Virus record (IMG/VR): IMGVR_UViG_3300025137_005047 | Coordinates: 1-55,050 of that record | Length of the DNA: 55,050 nucleotides | Direction: 5' to 3' (one strand) | From: a virus | Taxonomy: Duplodnaviria > Caudoviricetes | Shown here: positions 8,848-18,919 of the stretch, piece after piece | Layout: each line of letters begins with the position of its first letter | How positions within the stretch are numbered: position 1 is the stretch's first letter | Made by a program: the position numbers and the translations under genes | Notes under the pieces: model-generated | What the model was told of the DNA's origin: nothing | The model's input: the letters and a program-made list of their open reading frames with translations, nothing else | The model's database searches: none

Positions 8848-9621
8848 ATGAAGAAACTTGTGCTAGTAACGGGCGGATTTGACCCCTTACACGACGGACA
8901 TATCTCTTATTTTATTGATGCCAAAAAACTCGGTGATAAACTGATTGTTGGGGTTAATAGTGATGAATGGCTTAGACATAAAAAAGGTAAAGAGTTTCAA
9001 AGTTTAGAAATACGTTCAAAAATTATTAAACATTTAGACATGGTCTCAGAAGTTATCCATTTTGACGACTCAGATGGCACTGCCTCCAATGCCATAGAAC
9101 TCTTACTAAAAGAGTACCCGCATGATGAAATCGTTTTTGCCAATGGAGGAGACCGGGTAGAAGAATCAACACCTGAAGTTAAACAATTTGCATCTAAAGA
9201 TAGAGTGTCGTTTAAATTTAATGTAGGTGACGAAAAGAAATATGGTTCTCGCGATTTCCTTGCTTCTTGGGTAAATGCAAAAACAGAAAGACCATGGGGA
9301 TATTATAAAATTTTATATAGAGATGACGGAGTAAAGGTTAAAGAAATAGTTATACAACCTGGTAAATCTATGTCATATCAAAAACACAATCTTAGAAGTG
9401 AACTTTGGTTAGTTACTGAAGGCCCACTTGCTAATAATTGTGAACACCCAAGCGATCCTAGATTAATACATCAGCAAGTATTACAAAAACATGAATTCAC
9501 AAACATAGAACCTGGTACTTGGCATCAGTTAAATAATCCTAGTAACGAAGATATAAAAGTAATCGAGATACAGTATGGAGAAAAATGTACTGAGGAAGAT
9601 ATAGAACGTAAAGATGAATAG
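8848..9621 (+). CDS. Cytidylyltransferase fused to mannose-6-phosphate-isomerase-type cupin
   Basis: TGGFDPLHDGH, FANGGDR; C-terminal ERPWG.Y, SYQKH..RSELW, WHQL, IEIQYG..EEDIER. Confidence 0.85.
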   Translation: MKKLVLVTGGFDPLHDGHISYFIDAKKLGDKLIVGVNSDEWLRHKKGKEFQSLEIRSKIIKHLDMVSEVIHFDDSDGTASNAIELLLKEYPHDEIVFANGGDRVEESTPEVKQFASKDRVSFKFNVGDEKKYGSRDFLASWVNAKTERPWGYYKILYRDDGVKVKEIVIQPGKSMSYQKHNLRSELWLVTEGPLANNCEHPSDPRLIHQQVLQKHEFTNIEPGTWHQLNNPSNEDIKVIEIQYGEKCTEEDIERKDE

Positions 9622-10438
9622 TATCCAAACTGCACAATGTAAACACGGAAAGTTTTCTTACTTTACTAATGATACTATTATTGGTAAGAGTTTAGATATG
9701 TATGGTGAGTATTGTGAACAAGAGTTTACAATAATGGAACATATTGTTAGACCAACAGATTTTATTATAGATGTAGGAGCAAATATTGGTGTACATACTA
9801 TATGGCTCAGTAAACACGCCTTTCAGGGTCGTGTAAGCTCGTTTGAACCAAATGAGTTTAGTAGGGAACTACTATTAAAAAATTTATATCTCAATAACTC
9901 TACTAACGTAACTGTATATAATAACGTAGTAGGAAATGGTATGTCTTCAGTTTTTATAAGTTCTTATAGTCCGCATATTCCAGGTAACTACGGAGAATGT
10001 AGTGTACTAGATAAAAGACCAGGCAATTACCACTCTGCACAAATGTTAACTATTGACCAATTAGATCCTGTAAAAGTTGACTTTATGAAAATAGATGTTG
10101 AAGGATATGAAATGGAAGTGATAAAAGGTGCAAGAAGTACAATAGAAAAATTCCGTCCTAGTATGTTAATTGAAGTAAATGACAGTTTACCGCATATAGA
10201 TTTTTTATATAAAGAACTAGTACCAAAAGATTATCAACTGTATTGGTTACCTGTTAGAAATTATAATCCAAATAATTATAAAGGTAACAAAACTAATATC
10301 TTTATGAATAGTGGTGTTGTAAATATTATAGCCGCACATAAGGATAAAACCCACATAAAAACTTTAGATACATTATTAGCACCAGTAACGAGTGCAGACG
10401 ACTCATATATAAAGATGCATAAAAGACGAACATTCTAG
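9614..10438 (+). CDS. FkbM family methyltransferase
   Basis: IDVGANIG, SFEPN, MKIDVEGYE. Confidence 0.85.
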   Translation: MNSIQTAQCKHGKFSYFTNDTIIGKSLDMYGEYCEQEFTIMEHIVRPTDFIIDVGANIGVHTIWLSKHAFQGRVSSFEPNEFSRELLLKNLYLNNSTNVTVYNNVVGNGMSSVFISSYSPHIPGNYGECSVLDKRPGNYHSAQMLTIDQLDPVKVDFMKIDVEGYEMEVIKGARSTIEKFRPSMLIEVNDSLPHIDFLYKELVPKDYQLYWLPVRNYNPNNYKGNKTNIFMNSGVVNIIAAHKDKTHIKTLDTLLAPVTSADDSYIKMHKRRTF

Positions 10439-10467
10439 TTGACATTTGAATTAATAGACTGTATTAT
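10439..10467 (+). promoter_or_regulatory. Early (sigma70-type) promoter
   Basis: TTGACA, 17-nt spacer, TATTAT. Confidence 0.7.
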
Positions 10468-10494
10468 AATAGTTATATTAATAGGAGAATACAA

Positions 10495-10698
10495 ATGGCA
10501 AACAATAAGTATGTAGTTCGGTATGTTATAGATGATGACCCACGCAGTCAAGAAGCAATCATGCTGGCGAGCTCAAAAGATGATGCACAACGCCAATTAG
10601 TTAACGAGTTTATTGATGTTAATTATGTACGAATACTTGATGTTTCTACAAAAACTGTTGAAGATACCCGGAAAAAAGCAGAATCTTTCTTTATATAA
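10495..10698 (+). CDS. Small hypothetical protein
   Basis: AGGAG RBS, own promoter and terminator. Confidence 0.65.
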   Translation: MANNKYVVRYVIDDDPRSQEAIMLASSKDDAQRQLVNEFIDVNYVRILDVSTKTVEDTRKKAESFFI

Positions 10699-10713
10699 TA
10701 TAAGAAATTAATT

Positions 10714-10740
10714 AAAGCCTTGTTTATCAAGGCTTTTTTT
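10714..10740 (+). terminator. Rho-independent terminator
   Basis: AAAGCCTTG-tttat-CAAGGCTTT followed by T tract. Confidence 0.8.
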
Positions 10741-10753
10741 ATGACTAAAAAGG

Positions 10754-10781
10754 TTGACAGATAGAGCAAAGATGCTATTAT
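10754..10781 (+). promoter_or_regulatory. Early promoter (extended -10)
   Basis: AAAAAGG-TTGACA, 16-nt spacer, TGc-TATTAT. Confidence 0.75.
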
Positions 10782-10814
10782 AAAATAGTAAGTTAAATAA
10801 ACAGGAGAAAATAA

Positions 10815-11180
10815 ATGAATATATTACTTAAACAAGCAGTAGAACAAGTTACTGAAACAATGAAGCAAGACTATATTAATTGGTGTACTTCGAATGGTAA
10901 GAAAGATCTTTCAGGTTATCATAAAGAAGTTATTGATAATTGGAAAATTGAAATTAAAGAAGGTCAAAAGTACATTAAACTTATTAAAAAAGAACATAAG
11001 AGTTCATTTGGTGGCGGTAGTGTAAACGGCTTTATTGTTAAAACTCCTACTAAAGGCTTTGTAGAAGGTGATATGCTTAAGGCGGCTAGTTATAATATGC
11101 CAGCAACAAATTTTAAACGTGGTAATGTTTACGAAGATGCCAATAATGGTACAATAGCAAGGTGGACAGGAATTAGTTAA
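10815..11180 (+). CDS. Conserved phage early hypothetical protein
   Basis: AGGAG RBS; G.KYIK...GF.....GD.LKAASY..PA...RGN pattern common in myovirus early genes. Confidence 0.65.
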   Translation: MNILLKQAVEQVTETMKQDYINWCTSNGKKDLSGYHKEVIDNWKIEIKEGQKYIKLIKKEHKSSFGGGSVNGFIVKTPTKGFVEGDMLKAASYNMPATNFKRGNVYEDANNGTIARWTGIS

Positions 11181-11689
11181 TGGATTACGATTTTATCCAG
11201 CAGGCAAAAGAATTTGCCATTGAAGCACATAAAGGTCAAGTCCGTAAATATACGGGCTTACCTTATATTACTCACACTGAAGAAGTGGCAAAGATTGTCG
11301 AGTCTTATAACGGCAGTAAAGAAATGATAGCCGCGGCTTTGTTACATGATACAGTAGAAGATACAAATATTACTATAGAGAATATTAGACATAACTTTGG
11401 TAATTCAACTGCTGATATGGTTAATTGGTTAACAGATACAAGTAAGCCAGAAGATGGTAATCGTGAAGTTCGTAAAACCATTGACAGAGACCGATTAAGT
11501 CAAGCACCGGCGGCAGTGCAATTAATCAAAGCCGCTGATATGATTAGTAACGGTAAAGATATTAAAGTAAATGATCCAAGTTTTGCTAAAGTTTATATTT
11601 CAGAAATGAAGTTGTTATTAAATGCAATGACTAAAATACATATGATGGATATTTACAAAGAAGCACAAGGAGTAGTAAATGGATCATAG
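11180..11689 (+). CDS. HD-domain hydrolase, RelA/SpoT-hydrolase (Mesh1/SAH)-like
   Basis: AH.GQ.RK..G.PYI.H, AALLHDTVEDT, IKAADMISN. Confidence 0.8.
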   Translation: MDYDFIQQAKEFAIEAHKGQVRKYTGLPYITHTEEVAKIVESYNGSKEMIAAALLHDTVEDTNITIENIRHNFGNSTADMVNWLTDTSKPEDGNREVRKTIDRDRLSQAPAAVQLIKAADMISNGKDIKVNDPSFAKVYISEMKLLLNAMTKIHMMDIYKEAQGVVNGS

Positions 11690-11912
11690 AACTGATGTAC
11701 CAGAAAAAGTAATGGTGCATTGTACAGACAATGATAAGAAATGGGAAGGTACAGTCATACATCAACATGATGATATGGTTAAAGTTCTGCTAGAAGGTGT
11801 ACCTCTTAACTTCAAAAGATACAAAGGCAAAGACTTATTTGTTGCAAATTTCAGTGGTATGGAATTAACGTTTTCTTTTAATGTTAAGAAAATGGGTGGA
11901 ATATTTCTTTGA
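11679..11912 (+). CDS. Hypothetical protein
   Basis: AGGAG RBS; coupled ORF. Confidence 0.55.
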   Translation: MDHRTDVPEKVMVHCTDNDKKWEGTVIHQHDDMVKVLLEGVPLNFKRYKGKDLFVANFSGMELTFSFNVKKMGGIFL

Positions 11913-12235
11913 ACTTTAGATTAGATTTACATGGATATACAGTGCATGATGCTTGGAGACAATTTAAAGCTCATACTGAAATATGTGAATTAAATGGCAT
12001 TCGTAAATTTACAGTAATTACAGGACGAGGTAAAATATACGACGAATTGCCTAAATGGGCTGAAGCAATTCCTAGCATTTCTGAGGTATTAGTGCCTATG
12101 AGAGGGCCTGGATCTTACCAAATTGTGTTAAAAAAGAAGAAAATAGATCCAAAAATTTCAATTCAATCAAAAAACCCAATAAAATCAATGGTTAATATAG
12201 CACCTTTATTAAAAAAATGGGGTCTAAAAGGTTGA
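11909..12235 (+). CDS. Smr-domain (small MutS-related) endonuclease
   Basis: LDLHG and ITGRG motifs, G.G in the last loop. Confidence 0.75.
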   Translation: MNFRLDLHGYTVHDAWRQFKAHTEICELNGIRKFTVITGRGKIYDELPKWAEAIPSISEVLVPMRGPGSYQIVLKKKKIDPKISIQSKNPIKSMVNIAPLLKKWGLKG

Positions 12236-12259
12236 CAGATAACAGAATGGTGTTATTAT
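12232..12259 (+). promoter_or_regulatory. Early promoter (extended -10)
   Basis: AAAAGG-TTGACA, 16-nt spacer, TGt-TATTAT. Confidence 0.75.
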
Positions 12260-12298
12260 AATAATATAAGTTAAGTTAATAAACAGGAGATAAAAAAC

Positions 12299-12736
12299 AT
12301 GGCATATATTAATAAAGAAGACGTTAAAGCAATTAGAGTAGCATTAAAAAAAGCATATCCTAACATTAAGTTTAGTGTAAGAAAAGATCACCATTCAAGT
12401 GTACAAGTTACACTAGTATCAGGTGATATTGACTTTTATGATGGATCTTTAGATTTCTTTGACAGATACTCTCAGAAAATTGCACCATTTCCAGGTTCAG
12501 CACAAATTAATCATTATCATACAGATTATTATGGTATACATAAACCATTATTTGATAACCTACTTGAAATTATTAAAACTGCTCCAGTTAAAGGAGAAGG
12601 ATATCATAAGAACAAAGGTTGGTTTGATGAGTCAGATATTATGACAGATTATTTCCATACTGCATATTATATCAATATTAGTGTTGGTAGTTGGAATAAG
12701 AATTATGAAACTACTAAACAAAAGGTGGCGGCATAA
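12299..12736 (+). CDS. Conserved phage early protein (LPD29-like N-terminus)
   Basis: IR.ALKK.YP..KFSVR and D.SD.MTDYFH motifs; AGGAG RBS. Confidence 0.55.
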   Translation: MAYINKEDVKAIRVALKKAYPNIKFSVRKDHHSSVQVTLVSGDIDFYDGSLDFFDRYSQKIAPFPGSAQINHYHTDYYGIHKPLFDNLLEIIKTAPVKGEGYHKNKGWFDESDIMTDYFHTAYYINISVGSWNKNYETTKQKVAA

Positions 12737-12744
12737 AAAAAAGG

Positions 12745-12772
12745 TTGACACTATAGCAAATGGTGTTATTAT
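12745..12772 (+). promoter_or_regulatory. Early promoter (extended -10)
   Basis: A-tract-GG-TTGACA, 16-nt spacer, TGt-TATTAT. Confidence 0.75.
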
Positions 12773-12809
12773 TAAAATATAAACATAAAACGACGAATAG
12801 GAGAAATAC

Positions 12810-13835
12810 ATGAATAGTTACGTTTTAGTTAAAAGTGGTTCTTATAGAAACCAACAAATAAAAAACAAAGTCTTTCCATTACTTAAAAATGTACAGGAAA
12901 GTAAAACAGGAATGTTTGTTACTGTCGATGGTACAGAAGGCTTTGGATCCGATAAAATTAGGGTAAAAATTAAATCCCCTACTGCAATTACTTTCGTTGA
13001 TAGGTCAGAATATGCTACACAGGTTGAAGCATCGACACCTAAAGAAAGTTCGAAACTTACTAAACAAGATGAGAAGAGAATCGTTGAAATCCAAGATAGG
13101 TTTGAAATCCTAAATGAGATGACAGGTGCTCTTAAGAATAATGACGTTAGAGCAATGATTGTTACAGGACCTCCAGGGGTTGGTAAATCATATGGTGTTG
13201 AAACTACACTTGAAGAACAAAGTGGTTTTGATGACCTTGCTGGTAATAGGAAGTTTGAGTTTGTAAAAGGTGCTATGACGGCACTAGGTTTATATGCTAA
13301 ACTTTATGAGTATTCAGCTCGTGGTAACGTTGTAGTGTTTGATGACTGTGATAGTGTATTACTAGATGACCTTGCATTAAACATTTTAAAGGCGGCACTT
13401 GATAGTGGTGCTAGACGTAAAATTTATTGGAATGCTGATTCCTCAAAATTGAGAGCAGAAGGTATTCCTAATAGTTTTGATTTCCAAGGAAGTGTTTGTT
13501 TTATTACTAACATTAAATTTGACAATGTTAGAAGTAAAAAACTTAAAGATCACCTAGATGCTTTGATGTCAAGATGTCATTACATTGATTTAACTCTTGA
13601 TACCGAAAGAGACAAGTATCTTAGAATTATGCAGATTGCTAGAAAAGGCGATTTGTTTCAAGGATACAAAATGGACGAAAGTGAAGAAAAAGAAGTACTT
13701 CAATTTATGTTCGAAAAAAGAAAGTTCCTTAGGGAGATGTCATTAAGGATGGCACTAAAGATTGCCGACCTTAAGAAGTTAAGTCCAACAAATTGGAAGA
13801 ACTTGGCGGCGTCAACTTGTATGCGAAGAGCATAA
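12810..13835 (+). CDS. AAA+ family ATPase
   Basis: GPPGVGKS Walker A, VVFDDCD Walker B, FITN sensor, SR arginine finger. Confidence 0.8.
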   Translation: MNSYVLVKSGSYRNQQIKNKVFPLLKNVQESKTGMFVTVDGTEGFGSDKIRVKIKSPTAITFVDRSEYATQVEASTPKESSKLTKQDEKRIVEIQDRFEILNEMTGALKNNDVRAMIVTGPPGVGKSYGVETTLEEQSGFDDLAGNRKFEFVKGAMTALGLYAKLYEYSARGNVVVFDDCDSVLLDDLALNILKAALDSGARRKIYWNADSSKLRAEGIPNSFDFQGSVCFITNIKFDNVRSKKLKDHLDALMSRCHYIDLTLDTERDKYLRIMQIARKGDLFQGYKMDESEEKEVLQFMFEKRKFLREMSLRMALKIADLKKLSPTNWKNLAASTCMRRA

Positions 13836-13845
13836 CACAAATTAA

Positions 13846-13867
13846 AAAAGAGCCTTCGGGCTCTTTT
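13846..13867 (+). terminator. Rho-independent terminator
   Basis: AAAAGAGCC-TTCG-GGCTCTTTT. Confidence 0.8.
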
Positions 13868-13887
13868 ATATACCTTAAGGAAATGAT

Positions 13888-15120
13888 ATGCATTTATACA
13901 AACCTGAGAATATCGAGTATTGCTTAAAAATAGCAACAGGTATTATAACCAGTCCAATTCCCCCTAGACATATTAGTAAGCCTATTAGTTTGGCAAACTA
14001 TGATGTTGGCTTTGTCAACAATGCCGTTCGTAGCATAAACAAAGGCGAAGGGTTAAGTGACAGGCAGAGAGAACTATCTGTTAAGTTAGTTAAAAAATAT
14101 GCAAGACAATATAAACGACTTGGTATAGACATTAGTGAAATTGTAATTAGACCATCGTTTGAAAGTACATTAAGACAAGTTGATAGACTAAGGTACTTTG
14201 ATATTGAAGAAGAAAAGATTAGTATTAAGTTTCCCTATAATAAAGATATGATTAGAGAGTTTAATGCAATAGCAAAGAAACTACGAGCTTCCAAGAGTAT
14301 GTTTAATAAAGAAGAAAAGAAATACTATACAGACTATAACGAGTACAACTTTTTATCGTTGTATAATTGGGCGGCAAAATATAACTTTGGTTATTCGGAT
14401 ACTGTTAAAAAACTTTATAATGATTGTCAAAACATCATTAATAATAGAAAAGAATATGCAATACAATTAGTAGTTAATGATGACAAGTGTTTTCTTCGTA
14501 ATGCTCCAGATAGTCTAAACGAATATTGGGTAAATACTATGAAGTCCGAAAGTCCAATTAAACAAATTGTTTCAGCGGCTGATCAAAATATTGATATTGT
14601 TAATAACAGTAGTAAGATAAATTTAAGTTCACTAGGAATAAAAATATTACAAACTCGTGGTGGTAGATTTGATTGGTTAAAAACAAAACCTATTGATATC
14701 TATAATTCAGCAGTTAACGAATTTGGGTTTAAAAAGATTGCTTTTATAATAGACGGTAGAACAATGACGGAGGAATTGACACAAAACCTTCTAAATATGG
14801 TGTCTAAACTGGGCAAAGACGTCTGTACAGTGCAGTTGAAACATAACAAGCACCACTTTAAGTCCAATAAGACATTGACTTTGGATACTAAATTTGCTAT
14901 AATAGATAGTGTACAAAGGTATACCAATCCTCGTGTTAAACATGATTGGAAACCTGATTTCGTTATCAGTACAAATACAGTAACAAAATATAGACGTTAT
15001 GGATTCAATGTAATTGGAGGACAGACTGGAGTTTCATTTAATACTGAGGCTTGGATTTGTCATTATACGTTTGGAACAGAATTAGGAAAAGATAGTGCCG
15101 ACGGCGAAATTATTAATTAA
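13888..15120 (+). CDS. Hypothetical protein upstream of uvsW
   Basis: 410-aa ORF with AAGGA RBS. Confidence 0.6.
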   Translation: MHLYKPENIEYCLKIATGIITSPIPPRHISKPISLANYDVGFVNNAVRSINKGEGLSDRQRELSVKLVKKYARQYKRLGIDISEIVIRPSFESTLRQVDRLRYFDIEEEKISIKFPYNKDMIREFNAIAKKLRASKSMFNKEEKKYYTDYNEYNFLSLYNWAAKYNFGYSDTVKKLYNDCQNIINNRKEYAIQLVVNDDKCFLRNAPDSLNEYWVNTMKSESPIKQIVSAADQNIDIVNNSSKINLSSLGIKILQTRGGRFDWLKTKPIDIYNSAVNEFGFKKIAFIIDGRTMTEELTQNLLNMVSKLGKDVCTVQLKHNKHHFKSNKTLTLDTKFAIIDSVQRYTNPRVKHDWKPDFVISTNTVTKYRRYGFNVIGGQTGVSFNTEAWICHYTFGTELGKDSADGEIIN

Positions 15121-16555
15121 AGACGAAGTTAACGTATCTATAAAAGGACTAGAGTTAGACGCCCGTAGGCGTTTACTTAATATGTTCAAATACGAAGTAC
15201 CTTATGCACGATATCTCCCAGCAGTACGTTTAGGAAGATGGGATGGTAAAGTAAGTTATTTTCAATTAGGTGGCAGTACTTACATTAATCTTTTACCACA
15301 GATACTTCCGGTATTAGAAGAGATGAAGTATCAAATAGATTTAGATGATCAAAGAGATTATAGAACTGCATTTGAATTTGATAAAGTAGAAGAAGATGCT
15401 TTCTCAGACATAATGTGGCCCGAGAATCATCCAGTTGGAGGAACACCTATTGTATTAAGAGATTACCAAGTAGATATTATTAATAACTTTTTAGTTAATC
15501 CACAAAGTATGCAAGAGATTGCCACTGGTGCAGGTAAAACATTAATAACGGCGGCATTAAGTAGTAAAGTAGAACAGTATGGAAGAAGTATTGTAATTGT
15601 TCCTAACAAAAGCCTAGTAACACAAACAGAAGAAGATTATGTTAATATGGGTTTAGATGTTGGGGTATTTTACGGAGACAGAAAAGAATTTGGACATAAG
15701 CATACAATTTGTACATGGCAAAGTTTAAATATTCTTTTAAAGAATACAAAGAACGCAGTAGCACCTATAACTATTGGAGAGTTTATTGAAGATGTAGTAT
15801 GTGTTATGGTAGACGAAGTGCATATGGCAAAAGCAGATGCATTAAAAACATTATTAACTGGACCAATGTCCACTATACCTATTAGGTGGGGACTAACTGG
15901 AACTATACCAAAAGAAGATTTTGAATTTATGAGTCTTCTAGTAAGTTTAGGAGAAGTAGTTGGTCGTAAGAGTGCAAGTGAGTTACAAGAACAAGGTGTA
16001 CTTGCAAATTGCGAAGTTAATGTAGTACAATTAGTTGACCATGGAGATTATGGCAACTACCAAAGTGAATTGAAATATTTACTTACAAACGAAAAACGTT
16101 TAGACTATTTGTCTACACTAATTGGTAAAATTGGTGAAGATGGTAACTCGTTAGTATTAGTTGACAGAGTTGAGTCCGGCAAAGAGTTAGTAAAACGTTT
16201 AGGAGACAAAGCAGTTTTTATTAGTGGAGCAACTAAAGTAAATGATAGAAAAGAACACTATGATGAAATTGCAGACGTAGATAATAAGATTATTGTAGCA
16301 ACATACGGAGTTGCCGCAGTAGGATTGAATATACCAAGAATTTTTAATCTTGTACTAGTAGAACCTGGAAAGAGTTTTGTAAGAGTTATACAAAGTATCG
16401 GCAGAGGTATTAGAAAAGCACAAGACAAAGATTTTGTTAAAATATGGGATATTACAAGTACTTGTAAATATGCTAAAAGACATTTAACTAAAAGAAAACA
16501 CTTCTATAAAGAAGCAAATTATCCCTTTGTTATAGAAAAAACACAATGGGATTAA
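15095..16555 (+). CDS. uvsW: SF2 DNA helicase UvsW
   Basis: LRDYQ, ATGAGKT, DEVH, GLTGT, QSIGRGIR; GRWDG in N-terminus. Confidence 0.9.
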   Translation: MPTAKLLIKDEVNVSIKGLELDARRRLLNMFKYEVPYARYLPAVRLGRWDGKVSYFQLGGSTYINLLPQILPVLEEMKYQIDLDDQRDYRTAFEFDKVEEDAFSDIMWPENHPVGGTPIVLRDYQVDIINNFLVNPQSMQEIATGAGKTLITAALSSKVEQYGRSIVIVPNKSLVTQTEEDYVNMGLDVGVFYGDRKEFGHKHTICTWQSLNILLKNTKNAVAPITIGEFIEDVVCVMVDEVHMAKADALKTLLTGPMSTIPIRWGLTGTIPKEDFEFMSLLVSLGEVVGRKSASELQEQGVLANCEVNVVQLVDHGDYGNYQSELKYLLTNEKRLDYLSTLIGKIGEDGNSLVLVDRVESGKELVKRLGDKAVFISGATKVNDRKEHYDEIADVDNKIIVATYGVAAVGLNIPRIFNLVLVEPGKSFVRVIQSIGRGIRKAQDKDFVKIWDITSTCKYAKRHLTKRKHFYKEANYPFVIEKTQWD

Positions 16556-16569
16556 TAATGGAGAGAACA

Positions 16570-17160
16570 ATGGCAGACATGAAGAACGCAAAACCAACAC
16601 CACCAACACCACCTAAACAACCAGGTATGTTGATGTGGGAAACAGGAGTGCATTACTTCGCTGATCCTTTTACAATGGAATCGACAAAACCAGTCGTACA
16701 ATGGATTATTGAAAAGAATTTAGCACCCGATAGTGAAAGACCTAAAGAGTTAACATTAATTATTAATAGTCCAGGTGGCGATGTTCATGCCGCATTTGCT
16801 CTTATTGATACAATGAAAGCAAGTGGTATTCCTATTAAAACAGTAGGATTAGGAATTATTGCAAGTTGTGGTATACTTACATTTATGGCAGGGACAAAAG
16901 GAAAACGTATCCTAACACCAAATACAAGTATTTTATCACATCAATATAGTTGGGGATCAGGCGGAAAAGAACACGAACTTTTTGCTCGTGTTAGAGAGTT
17001 TGAATTATCAAGCGAACGTATGGTTGAACACTATAAAAAATGTACAGGTATGACAGAGAAGAAAATTAGAGAGGTATTATTACCAGCAAAAGATGTTTGG
17101 CTTTCTGCCAAAGAAGCAGTCAAATATGGTATTGCAGATAAAATTAAAGAGGTATATTAA
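16570..17160 (+). CDS. clpP: ATP-dependent Clp protease proteolytic subunit
   Basis: INSPGG, ASC (Ser), SHQ (His), D.WLSA.EA..YG..D; start placed at the ATG after GGAGAG. Confidence 0.85.
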   Translation: MADMKNAKPTPPTPPKQPGMLMWETGVHYFADPFTMESTKPVVQWIIEKNLAPDSERPKELTLIINSPGGDVHAAFALIDTMKASGIPIKTVGLGIIASCGILTFMAGTKGKRILTPNTSILSHQYSWGSGGKEHELFARVREFELSSERMVEHYKKCTGMTEKKIREVLLPAKDVWLSAKEAVKYGIADKIKEVY

Positions 17161-17660
17161 TGCAGATACTTACATTAGAAAATAAAACTTTTGTAATGAA
17201 CGACCTTCCGGAGGAAGTAGATGATTTAAGATTTGCAGTTTTAGATAATAGCAATCCTAAAGAACCTGATTACTTTTTTATTCCTCTTATTTTTCTTCAA
17301 AGTTTCAATGCTCCAGCACTTGTATTAAAGATAGGAGAGCATACAATTAGAATGCCAAGAGATTGGCAATTACTAATCGGTGAAGCAGAAGTAGGAGATT
17401 TAGAAGTTGTTCCGTTAACAAGTTTAAATGATAGAGGCTTTAATGCATTTACGTTTAATCCACGTGGCGACTTCCGTCCTGAGTTTTATCCTGTAGAAAT
17501 TGTAGACGTTTACCAAGAAGTTAAATGGTATTTTCCAAAACTTAAACCTGGGCATCTATTAGCAGTACCTTTATGTGAAGGTGAAAACCCACCTTGTGTT
17601 TATTTTGTAGAAGATATAAGTAGAACTTCGGAAGTAGTTGATGTCTCAAAAGTCTGGTAA
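17160..17660 (+). CDS. Conserved beta-rich hypothetical protein (possibly degenerate Hint-like fold)
   Basis: Coupled ORF in the replication cluster; fold is an inference only. Confidence 0.5.
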   Translation: MQILTLENKTFVMNDLPEEVDDLRFAVLDNSNPKEPDYFFIPLIFLQSFNAPALVLKIGEHTIRMPRDWQLLIGEAEVGDLEVVPLTSLNDRGFNAFTFNPRGDFRPEFYPVEIVDVYQEVKWYFPKLKPGHLLAVPLCEGENPPCVYFVEDISRTSEVVDVSKVW

Positions 17661-17910
17661 ATTAATTGTTAAAAAGAACGCATACGAATACAGTCTTAAA
17701 CTGAATGCCCAAGACGAAGAACATTGGCTTGAAACACAGAGACCGTTAATTGAAAATGTAGTAGGATTTTTTAATGATAGACAACTAGTTAATAAAGGTG
17801 TAACTGTTAAAATTGACTGGGATCCAGATAATAACAGATGGTATCATATACAATTTGAAAGCATTGATGACGCAAACTTATTTGAAATTACATTTGCAGA
17901 ATACTTATAA
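17641..17910 (+). CDS. Hypothetical protein
   Basis: ORF overlapping the upstream gene. Confidence 0.5.
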   Translation: MSQKSGKLIVKKNAYEYSLKLNAQDEEHWLETQRPLIENVVGFFNDRQLVNKGVTVKIDWDPDNNRWYHIQFESIDDANLFEITFAEYL

Positions 17911-17927
17911 AGGTGTTATAATAAACT

Positions 17928-18395
17928 ATGGCTAGTAAATTACCGCTTAATAGAATACTTGGTGCAATGGATCGTAAACAAAAAGACTTTTACGATACAT
18001 TAACTGATGAGGAGAAGAAGGCTTTTAGTGCCTTTCTTATGAATCGTTATGCGAGTAGTGTTAAAGGTAATTCATCATTACAAGAATGGTGGCTAATTGC
18101 AACAAACAAAAGAGTTAATACAAACTTTTTTGATTTAACTAAACACCCAAAACTACAGTGGTTATTATTAACAACTGCTAGTCCTGGAATGGGTACTGCA
18201 TTTCATGAATGGATACCGGGTGGAAAAAAGAAAAATGCAGTAAATAACAAAATACTAAAAACACTGAAAACATTGTATCCATTTGCAAAAGAAGACGAAC
18301 TTGAACTTATGGCAACTATGAATACTAAAGCAGATGTTAAGAAATACTTAATTGCTTTAGGGTATGATGATAAACAGATAAAAGAATTAATATAA
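17928..18395 (+). CDS. Clamp loader small subunit-like (T4 gp62-like)
   Basis: F...FLMNRY.S, N...F.L.KHP.LQW.LL, helical C-terminus. Confidence 0.5.
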   Translation: MASKLPLNRILGAMDRKQKDFYDTLTDEEKKAFSAFLMNRYASSVKGNSSLQEWWLIATNKRVNTNFFDLTKHPKLQWLLLTTASPGMGTAFHEWIPGGKKKNAVNNKILKTLKTLYPFAKEDELELMATMNTKADVKKYLIALGYDDKQIKELI

Positions 18396-18919
18396 TGAAA
18401 ACTATCGATTGTGAATTATTTTTAATGTGGCCCGCAGGAGCAGGAGGCAACTTTTTACAATCTTTATGGACTTGGGGAAGTATAGAAGATATTCCTATCG
18501 ATAATAACATAAACTTATTTGATGCTTCACCTTTTAAAAGTGTAGCACAGATTGATAACTTAAATGATATTCACAGTGTAGAAAGTTCAACTTTAATTAG
18601 TACTCATAATCCAGATGATTTTTATCTAACTAATTATGAGTTTAAATGTAAAGAAGCATGGGCAATAACAATTAACGATTTGAAAACTTGGAAATATGTA
18701 TGCAATCTTAAAGACTTTAAACGTTATGGACAGCCAACTAATAGAGGAACTAAATCACAATTAAATAGATATACATCTAATATGAATAAAGTTGCAAATT
18801 TAATTGACAATTTGCAGATAATAGATTATAATGAGATATTCGTAAATAAAACTATATTTCCAAAATGGAGTAAGAGTATTGAACAATACCATAAAAAGAA
18901 TTTAATGTTATGGACGTAA
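18395..18919 (+). CDS. Hypothetical protein, paralog of 3000..3683
   Basis: WPAGAGGNF and IIDYNEIF motifs. Confidence 0.45.
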   Translation: MKTIDCELFLMWPAGAGGNFLQSLWTWGSIEDIPIDNNINLFDASPFKSVAQIDNLNDIHSVESSTLISTHNPDDFYLTNYEFKCKEAWAITINDLKTWKYVCNLKDFKRYGQPTNRGTKSQLNRYTSNMNKVANLIDNLQIIDYNEIFVNKTIFPKWSKSIEQYHKKNLMLWT

